From: Planctomycetaceae bacterium
GTDB taxonomy: Bacteria > Planctomycetota > Planctomycetia > Planctomycetales > Planctomycetaceae
NCBI GenBank assembly: GCA_013813775.1
Contig: JACCRE010000081.1
Coordinates: 1 to 27,791 of the forward strand
DNA length: 27,791 nt
Direction of reading: 5' to 3'
A program made the position numbers and the translations under genes. Under the pieces are notes generated by a model. That model saw only the letters and a program-made list of their open reading frames with translations. It searched no databases and had not been told where the DNA came from. Position 1 is the first letter of the stretch, and the number at the start of each line of letters is the position of its first letter. This document shows positions 1 through 7,207 of the stretch, piece after piece.

Positions 1-2
1 TC

Positions 3-1198
3 ATGGACGAGTCGGGATTGGGGTACGTCGAGGGACTGCGGCAGTGTCTGGCGGATGTGAAGGATCCCCGGGTCGTTCCGCGGTGTGATCATCAGCTTTT
101 GGACGTCGTCGCCATCGCGCCGTTGGCGGTGATGTGCGGGGCGGAGGATTGGCCCGACGTCGAAGAGTTCGGCGCGTCGCGACAGGACTGGCTGAAGACC
201 TTTCTGGAACTGCCGGGCGGCATCCCTTCGCACGACACGTTTCGACGCGTGTTCGGCCGGCTGGACCGCGGTCGGTTCGCCGCCGGCCTGTTCCTGTGGA
301 CGCAGGCCCTGCACGAGGCGACCGGCGGGAAGGTCATCGCCGTCGACGGGAAAGCGATGCGGCGGTCCTTCGCCAGGAAATCGGGACTGGCGATGCTGCA
401 TCTGGTGACCGCCTGGGCCACGGAGACCCACCTGACGCTGGGCCAGGTGGCACGGTGTGGACAGGTGGCCTGCGCGGAGAAGTCCAACGAGATCACCGCC
501 ATCCCCGAACTGCTCAAGCTGCTGAGCCTCAAGGGGAGCACCGTGACCATCGACGCGATGGGCTGCCAGTGCGATGGGCTGCCAGTGCGATGGGCTGCCA
601 GAAGGAGATCGCCTCGCAAATCCGCGAGCAGAAAGGGCATTACGTCTTGGGCCTGAAGGGCAACCAGCCCACGCTGGAAGCCGCCGCCGCGGCGTATTTC
701 GAGACCTGTCTGGAGACCGACTTCGTAGGCGTCGCGCACGAGGTCCATGAGTCGACCGAGACCGGCCACGGCCGCACCGAGACGCGGATCGTCCACGCGG
801 TCGAGTTGCCGGCCGACTTCCCGGGCCGCGCCGACTGGCCGGCTCTTCGCACGCTGGTGGTGGTGGCCAGCCGCCGCATGGTGCACGACGAGGAGTCGTG
901 GGAGTCGCGGCATTACATCACCGACCACGGCCCGCGGGCGAAGTTTCTGGGCAGCGCCGTCCGCCGGCACTGGGGGATCGAGAACGGCCAGCACTGGCTG
1001 CTGGACGTGACGTTCGGCGAAGACACTCGCCGCCAGCAGGATCGAAACGGGGCCGCCAACCTCGCCGCCGTCCGCCGCATGGCGCTGAGCCTGCTGCGTC
1101 AGGAGAAGACGAACACACGCGGCGTGAAGAACAAACGTCTCAAGTGCGCCCTCGATCCCGCCGACCTGCTGAAAGTCCTCGCCACAGCCAAGTTTTGA
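3..1198 (+). pseudogene. ISAs1-family DDE transposase, frameshifted by a 32-bp tandem repeat expansion
   Basis: The N-terminal part lies in frame 3 (ORF 3..656) and the C-terminal part in frame 2 (ORF 134..1198, meaningful from about 590). They join at the TIDAMGCQ/KEIASQ motif. Removing 32 bp (two extra 16-bp units) restores one ~388-aa ORF. ISAs1 transposases are single-ORF, so this is a disruption and not programmed frameshifting. Confidence 0.8.
558..601 (+). repeat. Three tandem copies of ATGGGCTGCCAG separated by TGCG (16-bp unit x2 + 12 bp)
   Basis: Read directly: atgggctgccag tgcg atgggctgccag tgcg atgggctgccag aaggag. The unit encodes the conserved MGCQ of the transposase. The extra 32 bp cause the frameshift. 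Confidence 0.95.
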
Positions 1199-1281
1199 TG
1201 CGCCGGCCCTGCGATCGCGACGAGCAGCACTAGCGTATTAATACTGATATTTATACGCATGGTAAAGATGTTCCCTAGAGT

Positions 1282-3840
1282 CTAATCCGCACATGCGCGA
1301 ATTGCATCCGTGAGCAAGTGCTCATATTCGCTGTTTGACTCAGGATGGGCGCTGAACACAACGACCGTCCCACCTCCGAAACGCGTCGCCGCTATGGCGG
1401 GTGAGTGAACCATCATGTCCTTCTGAAAGGGGTACTTCGAGACCTCGGAGCGGTAGTACGCGAGTGGCTCATAGTCTGGGAGGTCCGGCTCGTTGGCCCG
1501 TGAAAGCACCGGTCCTCCCGTGTAGTCGAGAGTAAAGCTGCGTTTGGACGTCCCGAAAAGGCAATAGCCTTCAGACGTCATCTCGACAGAAATCTGCCCC
1601 CACCCCCGAAATGAAGCGCTAACGTATCCTTCATTCGGGACGAACCGCTGGCCTGAGACCACTTGCGCATTGATAAGCTTCAAACCCTGCTCGTGATTCG
1701 CGGAAGCTAGAAAACAGCCGGCACATATCCCGACATAACCACCTCCCTCGTGAACAAACCGACGGACGGCATCCTTGCCGTCGCTGCCGAGCGCGCTTCC
1801 TTGCACGCCAGCATTTCCGCCTGGTACGACGAGAACGTCGTAGTTGCCCAGTTCGCCGCGGCGGATATCGTCTTCCGACACGATGTTCAGCGACATTCGC
1901 GGTGCTTCCGTGATGACGTCATAGATTTCGTCTTCAGTCGGTATGGTCGTCTTATCGGGCACGAATAAGGCAACGGCTACACTTCGACCGGAATCTCGCG
2001 CTGCAACCATGTCGGCAATGAGTTGCCGTTGATCGCTTGATTGCACAGGCACTGCCGGGAGACCCATTGAACGCCGCACACGATTCGCGGCACTCGGATC
2101 GATTTTATAGACGTAAATCGAGTAGCCGACTCTCGCTACTGGTTTGAATTGGAGAAAATACCGATAACCACTCTCCGGACCGTAGATCTGCTGCACGCTC
2201 ATGACATGCCAGCCCGGCGCAGGGCTGCTAGACGGCGACTCTCCACGACTCCGTATTCCGAGTCGCTCAAGCGACACTGACCTCTCAAGAACCATGTAAG
2301 GTGAGTCGACATCAGGATGCGATTCGATCCATTTTTTCAGGTAGAAGTCATCCTGAGACCAACTGTGGCTGGAACCAAGCATGATCCGGTGTCCGCCGGC
2401 CGGCCCGCCTGCAATCTCATTGAAGTAAGACATCGAATGCGGGTAAACCGACAGGCTGCTGAGCACCGACCAGCCTAACGCACCTACAACGAGAGAAGAC
2501 GGAAGAACGCCGGCGCCAATCCAGTTTACGGCTTGGCCCAGCCAGACGAACATAAATGGAAACGCCGGCAGCAAGTAACGAAAATGGTGACTGAAACCGT
2601 CTTGAGAACTCACGAATATCAGCAGAGTGAGGGCTGGAGCCAAGACGACGACCACATCGATATGCCGCGCTTGTCCGAGTCCATCCGGTTCCGCCGTAGC
2701 GACAGCGCCTCGCGAGCGCGACTTCTTATAAAATCCGATGGTCGCGAGAACGCCTAGGCCCCAAGTCCCCAACGGAACCTTGAAGCATAGACCTATCAAA
2801 TAATAGTACCACCAACCGCGCTCCGACCACCTACCGAAGAGATACGATGGCCTGCCCTTCTCGAAGTCGACCTTCTGCAAATCCATCCCCTGGATGAACG
2901 GCCGCGGCAAAGGGATCGGAAGTCGGTGCAGGGGAGAACCTGTGAAACGATTTCCCATTTCGCTTGCGTCAGTCTCTCTTGCCGCGACAGAAGACTCCAC
3001 ACCGGAAAGAAGACGACTTTCGAACTGAAACTCGCCGAGCGGTTTGAACGTTCCCTCGAAGAAATAACCCAGATTCAGCACATAAAGGCCGAGCAACAGC
3101 ACGAACGTCATCCCGGCCGGCCGCGGTTTCGCAGTACCGCGAGCTTCCGCCGTTATGCGCCACAACAGCCATAAAAGAGGCCAGACCGCGAACAGCACGA
3201 TCCAGGTCATCTTCGACAACAGGGCGAGGCCCAGAAACAACCCAGCTACGGCCGCCCGGCCCCATGTCGGCGATCGCAACCATCGCCAGAAGAGATAGCC
3301 GGCCCCCAGGCCTATCGTCGCTGCGATGCCGTCGGTGCCGATCACCGACGACCACGCGAGAATGTTCGGCGAGAAGCACCACAACGTCAGCGCCACGAGC
3401 CCCGCCTTGCGACCATACAGTTCGGCGGCCCAGAGATAACAGAACAGCGCTCCAAGTGCTGTAAAGGGTAGAAGAGCCCAGCGGGCCGCGACCAAAAACT
3501 GCCGCCAGCGGTCTGGGTGCGATTCGACGAACTGGGCACCAAGCACGAACTCCGGGCGCGGCTGAGGGGCGCCCTCGAAATCGCCCCACAACTCCTCGTG
3601 AGCCATGAAGAGGATCGGCAATGTCGCCACGGCCCGCATCAGCGGCGGGTTGACGCAATAGAGGTCGAACGAGCCGTACTGCCACATCGCCATGCCGGCG
3701 GCGAGATGAGCCGGTTCGTCGACGTTCGGCGACTGCCGCGCCCCGAGCCAGCCGACAAGCGCGACCTGGATCGTGAGTAGTGTTGCGACGAAAACCGCAA
3801 CGGCGATATTGTTTCTTGTAAACCGTACCGAATGAAGCAA
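1282..3840 (-). CDS. Fusion protein: N-terminal polytopic GT-C glycosyltransferase (ArnT/PMT_2, GT39/GT83-like) + C-terminal class-I glutamine amidotransferase-like domain
   Basis: The N-terminal ~450 aa have many TM helices with an early periplasmic-loop DEPAH motif typical of ArnT/PMT-family GT-C enzymes. The C-terminal ~250 aa carry YDVLVVPGG...GGGYVGICAG (nucleophile-elbow Cys) and FSAHPE (His-Pro-Glu), the hallmarks of a GATase1 fold. It is one uninterrupted 852-aa ORF. Confidence 0.6.
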   Translation of the reverse strand: MLHSVRFTRNNIAVAVFVATLLTIQVALVGWLGARQSPNVDEPAHLAAGMAMWQYGSFDLYCVNPPLMRAVATLPILFMAHEELWGDFEGAPQPRPEFVLGAQFVESHPDRWRQFLVAARWALLPFTALGALFCYLWAAELYGRKAGLVALTLWCFSPNILAWSSVIGTDGIAATIGLGAGYLFWRWLRSPTWGRAAVAGLFLGLALLSKMTWIVLFAVWPLLWLLWRITAEARGTAKPRPAGMTFVLLLGLYVLNLGYFFEGTFKPLGEFQFESRLLSGVESSVAARETDASEMGNRFTGSPLHRLPIPLPRPFIQGMDLQKVDFEKGRPSYLFGRWSERGWWYYYLIGLCFKVPLGTWGLGVLATIGFYKKSRSRGAVATAEPDGLGQARHIDVVVVLAPALTLLIFVSSQDGFSHHFRYLLPAFPFMFVWLGQAVNWIGAGVLPSSLVVGALGWSVLSSLSVYPHSMSYFNEIAGGPAGGHRIMLGSSHSWSQDDFYLKKWIESHPDVDSPYMVLERSVSLERLGIRSRGESPSSSPAPGWHVMSVQQIYGPESGYRYFLQFKPVARVGYSIYVYKIDPSAANRVRRSMGLPAVPVQSSDQRQLIADMVAARDSGRSVAVALFVPDKTTIPTEDEIYDVITEAPRMSLNIVSEDDIRRGELGNYDVLVVPGGNAGVQGSALGSDGKDAVRRFVHEGGGYVGICAGCFLASANHEQGLKLINAQVVSGQRFVPNEGYVSASFRGWGQISVEMTSEGYCLFGTSKRSFTLDYTGGPVLSRANEPDLPDYEPLAYYRSEVSKYPFQKDMMVHSPAIAATRFGGGTVVVFSAHPESNSEYEHLLTDAIRACAD

Positions 3841-3871
3841 CGGTATTTTCGGCGAACGAAAAATCTTTCGC

Positions 3872-4885
3872 TTACCGCCTCCGCCACCAAATGAAAATCA
3901 GGATGCCCAGCACCACGACGACGTTCGCGACGATCAACGACAAGCGGCCCCAAAGCCGCTCCGGCTCGGATTGGTCCGCCGCCGCGATGACAGGTTCGGA
4001 CCTCGGGACCGGCCGCTCGCCGGAGTAGGCCGGCTTCTCCGACAACCCTTCGCCGTCCCAATAACCAACGATGCGATTGATGCGATAGTCGACGATGGCC
4101 GTGTTCACCGGAAGATCCATCGACGCCAAGGTGAAGCGTTCCGCTGGAATCGCGAGGCCGGTCTCGAAACCGTCGACGGAGATCCGCCGGCGCATCACCT
4201 CGTTGGGCTCGGTTCTCACGATGTCCACGCCTTTCGGAAATGGGTTTGCATCGCCGCCGGACGCGAAATCCGACGCGATCTCAATTCGCCCGCCTGGCCA
4301 CTCGATCGTCCTTCGATGGACGCGAAAGGACGGCTCCTCAATCCAGAAATCGGAGGTCGCTTCACCGGCGAAGCATCGCACACGCCAAACGTCCACGTCG
4401 TCCACCTGCTCATTGCCGAGAACCTCCATCCGGTCGCTGGTCTCGTACCAGAGGCAATCCTTGACCGTGGTGTCGGCGGCCATCAAGTCCGAGAGTCCCA
4501 GAATTCTCGGATCGAACGCCAGGTCGCCCCTCACTCCGACCGCACGCTCCATATCGTAGATATGGACATCTTCGTGCTTTTTCCTACGGAATCCGTGCAG
4601 TTCGTCACCATCGACGATGACTATTTCAACTTCATCCGCCCCTTTGCCGAACTGCTCGAATCGCCGTCGGTCCATGTCAAGTTCGATGACGCAGTCGACG
4701 CTACGGGACGGCTCCGGGGCGAGATACTCGATCGTCAGCGTCGCCTGCAGGCCGTCATGACGTGTGCGGGAGGATTCGACGCCGCGCAGCAATGCCATCG
4801 CCGAAGGGGTGTCCGCTGCCGATAGATTCAACGACGGAACCCCAACGATCGCCACGCATCCGATCATTGCCAAAAGTGATTTCAT
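3872..4885 (-). CDS. Hypothetical exported protein (paralog A1) with N-terminal signal peptide and C-terminal motif-TM-WWRRR tail anchor
   Basis: Shows an N-terminal signal peptide (MKSLLAMIGCVAIVGVPSLNLSAA). The ~280-aa domain is shared with ORF 5574..6644 (HIYDMERAVGVRGDLAFDPRILGLSD, EEPSFRVHRR, FTLASMDLPVNTA, VDYRINRIVGYWDGEGLSEKPAYSGERPV). The C-terminus reads DQSEPERLWGRLSLIVANVVVVLGILIFIWWRRR*. Confidence 0.6.
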   Translation of the reverse strand: MKSLLAMIGCVAIVGVPSLNLSAADTPSAMALLRGVESSRTRHDGLQATLTIEYLAPEPSRSVDCVIELDMDRRRFEQFGKGADEVEIVIVDGDELHGFRRKKHEDVHIYDMERAVGVRGDLAFDPRILGLSDLMAADTTVKDCLWYETSDRMEVLGNEQVDDVDVWRVRCFAGEATSDFWIEEPSFRVHRRTIEWPGGRIEIASDFASGGDANPFPKGVDIVRTEPNEVMRRRISVDGFETGLAIPAERFTLASMDLPVNTAIVDYRINRIVGYWDGEGLSEKPAYSGERPVPRSEPVIAAADQSEPERLWGRLSLIVANVVVVLGILIFIWWRRR

Positions 4886-4990
4886 CGACTCTCTCGGATC
4901 CTGGTGACCTCCGGCGACGCACGAGCAACATCACCGTCGCGGCCCAAAGGCCTGAAGTTTACAACGACGGCGCATTTGCAGCCGAATACG

Positions 4991-5416
4991 TTAGCCTTCA
5001 TCCGTCGGGCACTGAGCATCTCCGGTAGTCGTTTTCGCGGCCTGCGACCAGCCGCTCCATCCGCCGGCGGTGTAGACCACACATTTCTGGGGCTGAACCG
5101 AGGAGTCCAATTTGCATGTCTGACTTCGTTGACAGTCCGCCTGCACTTCCTTCGTAGAACCTGACGATGCGCTCACCGCTCCGTCCGGAAAGCTGTTGGT
5201 TTCGTAAACGCTGACTCCGCACCCGAGGCCGGCATTGGGGTTCGCGTTACTGCAGGCTGAAACCGCATCGGCCGGAATCGTCGCGCACAACTTCGTGCTC
5301 GGATTAGGCGCCTGACACGCCGTTGTTGCCCAGACCGCAACTTGCCCTCCCAAGACGACGGCACCGAATGCCGCCAAACCTCGCACTGACAAGATTCGCC
5401 TTCGCAGCTTACTCAT
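4991..5416 (-). CDS. Small secreted cysteine-rich protein (paralog P2), 8 conserved Cys, C-terminal CPTDEG
   Basis: The start is taken at MSKLRRRILSV (an AAAAAGGAG RBS lies 6 nt upstream, inside the longer listed ORF). It has a signal peptide ending VAVWATTACQ, 8 Cys, an NSFPDG motif and ends CPTDEG. It is a paralog of 6797..7207. Confidence 0.6.
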   Translation of the reverse strand: MSKLRRRILSVRGLAAFGAVVLGGQVAVWATTACQAPNPSTKLCATIPADAVSACSNANPNAGLGCGVSVYETNSFPDGAVSASSGSTKEVQADCQRSQTCKLDSSVQPQKCVVYTAGGWSGWSQAAKTTTGDAQCPTDEG

Positions 5417-5573
5417 CTCTCGCTCCTTTTTAGCAGACGAGGGACCGGAACTCCGGAGTTTGAACAAAGCTCTCACGGCGATTGGTGAGAAGCCTCAACC
5501 TGATATTCAGCTTGTGGGTCGAGCGGCGCGATTCCGATACCGATCACTGAACTCCTAAGCGTCGACATGACAC

Positions 5574-6644
5574 TTACCGCCTCCGCCACCAGATGAAAAT
5601 CAGGATGCCCAGAACCACGACGACGTTCGCGACGATTAACAACCACCGGCGCCAATGCCGCTCCGGCTCGGATTGGTCCGACGCTGCGATGACAGGTTCG
5701 GACCTCGCGACCGGCCGCTCGCCGGAGTAGGCCGGCTTCTCCGACAACCCTTCGCCGTCCCAATAACCAACGATGCGATTGATGCGATAGTCGACAACGG
5801 CCGTGTTGACGGGAAGGTCCATTGAAGCCAAAGTGAAGCGTTCTGAAGGAACATCCACGTCCGTTTCCAACTCATTCACAGTATAGACCCACTCTAAGTC
5901 TGCTTGTTCAGCTGGCATTTTGAACTTCCGGCTAGCAATCACTCGGCGAGGGAATGGTAGCTTTGGATCCGACGGATCGAATTCGGACTCGATTACGGTA
6001 ACTTTAAATGGTGTCTCAGTAATCCTTCGATGAACCCGAAATGACGGTTCCTCTACCCAGTACTCTGAGCTCGTGTCACCCCTTATAGCTTTTACCCGCC
6101 AAAGATTGACCTCTCCCGCACCCTCACTGCCCATAACCGTCAGTTCGTCGTCTTCTTCATACCACAGGCAATCCTTAACAGTGACATCACATGGCATGAT
6201 GTCGGAAAGCCCCAAGATCCGCGGGTCAAATGCTAAATCGCCTCGAACCCCCACCGCACGTTCGACATCGTAAATATGTACGTCTTCATTAGGTTTCCTT
6301 CGGAATCCTAAGAACTCATTGCCATCTCGAATAACAATTTGTCCGGGCACCTCCCCCGCGAATACTTCGGCCCTCCTTTTGATGGGTCCATTTATCTCGA
6401 TGAGGCAGTTAACCGTGGTGATGGGGGGCGGTGAAACATAACGTATTTCCAGCGTCATGCGCGCAGATTCATATCGAGTACGCGATAACTCTGCACCTTG
6501 CAGCAGCGCAGCTGGAGACGGCTGTTCACATTGCGATCCTTGGCAATAAGAAAGATGTATTGCGCAACAGAGAAGAAACCGAAAGGATGCCTTTTGGACG
6601 CGTCGGTGCATCTGAAAAAATTGAGATAAGCCCATTATACACAA
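5574..6644 (-). CDS. Hypothetical exported protein (paralog A2) with C-terminal motif-TM-WWRRR tail anchor
   Basis: It is collinear with A1 at roughly 55% aa identity, and its last ~90 codons are near-identical at DNA level. The start may be at 6644 or at the internal MHRRVQKASFRFLLCCAIHL (6611). Most of the gene is about 50% GC against about 63% in the flanks. Confidence 0.6.
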   Translation of the reverse strand: MCIMGLSQFFQMHRRVQKASFRFLLCCAIHLSYCQGSQCEQPSPAALLQGAELSRTRYESARMTLEIRYVSPPPITTVNCLIEINGPIKRRAEVFAGEVPGQIVIRDGNEFLGFRRKPNEDVHIYDVERAVGVRGDLAFDPRILGLSDIMPCDVTVKDCLWYEEDDELTVMGSEGAGEVNLWRVKAIRGDTSSEYWVEEPSFRVHRRITETPFKVTVIESEFDPSDPKLPFPRRVIASRKFKMPAEQADLEWVYTVNELETDVDVPSERFTLASMDLPVNTAVVDYRINRIVGYWDGEGLSEKPAYSGERPVARSEPVIAASDQSEPERHWRRWLLIVANVVVVLGILIFIWWRRR

Positions 6645-6796
6645 ATCCCTTGTCTACCATATATACATACTTTGAATCCGCTGGTCATTAAAGACGGAGG
6701 CCGTATTGATGCTGATTTGGCCAGCGCCGAACGGCCTCCGTTCTGAAACCAAGCCATTTGATTTCACGCAGCTATTCAAAGTGGCTGCAGCACTTT

Positions 6797-7207
6797 CTAT
6801 CCTTCATCCGTCGGGCACGTATTGTCACCAACTACGGTTTTATCTCCGGATTGATAGCCGCCCCAAGTAGTGCTCGATACACACTTCCTGGTTTCATCAT
6901 TCCACACGCAATATTTCCTCCGCCAACAGTCGGCTGCCTCTTCCTTTGTTGTCCCTGAAGCGGATTCTGCGCCTCCGTCTGGAAACTGATTTCGCTCAAA
7001 AGCGTCGTATAACAAAGTGCAAGTTGACTCCGAGCCGCTACAGGTATATGTCGTTTGCGCACTGGTACAAAATTTCGTGTTTGGATTTGGCACCTGGCAA
7101 GCCGATGTCGCCCAAACGACGAGTTGGTTTCCTAAGACGAGCATGCTAGCGATGGCGCATGCCGCCAATGCCGGTGTGGACAGAAATCTTTGTTTCGCCT
7201 TACTCAT
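6797..7207 (-). CDS. Small secreted cysteine-rich protein (paralog P1), 8 conserved Cys, C-terminal CPTDEG
   Basis: The start is taken at MSKAKQRFLS (an AAAAAGGAG RBS precedes it). Its ATG overlaps the stop of the upstream DUF1573 gene (GATGAGTAA). It has a signal peptide ending LVVWATSACQ, 8 Cys, NQFPDGG and ends CPTDEG. Confidence 0.6.
   Translation of the reverse strand: MSKAKQRFLSTPALAACAIASMLVLGNQLVVWATSACQVPNPNTKFCTSAQTTYTCSGSESTCTLLYDAFERNQFPDGGAESASGTTKEEAADCWRRKYCVWNDETRKCVSSTTWGGYQSGDKTVVGDNTCPTDEG

Larger units (their letters stand above)
1..1280 (+). mobile_element. Partial insertion sequence, ISAs1 family (right portion; left end lies upstream of window)
   Basis: The transposase ORF begins at nt 3 and the protein matches the ISAs1/H-repeat (YhhI-like) pattern along its length (DPR...GAEDW.D.EEFG...WL...GIPSHDTF, KSNEITAIPELL, TIDAMGCQ, LKGNQPTL, HWGIENGQHWLLDV). 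The AT-rich stretch 1230-1280 after the stop could hold the terminal inverted repeat. The left IR is outside the window, so the boundaries are approximate. Confidence 0.7.

Noticed and set aside
92-994. 300-aa minus-strand ORF (and 640..879, 918..1118) antisense to the transposase
   Set aside because: It lies antisense to a clearly homologous transposase. Long spurious ORFs on the opposite strand are expected at this GC content. No motifs, Arg/Pro-rich composition.
3-1198. Possibility that the two transposase frames reflect programmed -1/+1 ribosomal frameshifting as in IS3/IS1 families
   Set aside because: ISAs1-family transposases are single-ORF. The frame change coincides exactly with a 32-bp tandem repeat inside a conserved motif and is not at a slippery heptamer.
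2969-4825. Mid-sized ORFs antisense to the GT fusion and A1 genes (2969..3685 minus-frame alternative, 3971..4825 plus, 4095..4559 plus)
   Set aside because: They are embedded within or opposite better-supported genes and have no motifs.
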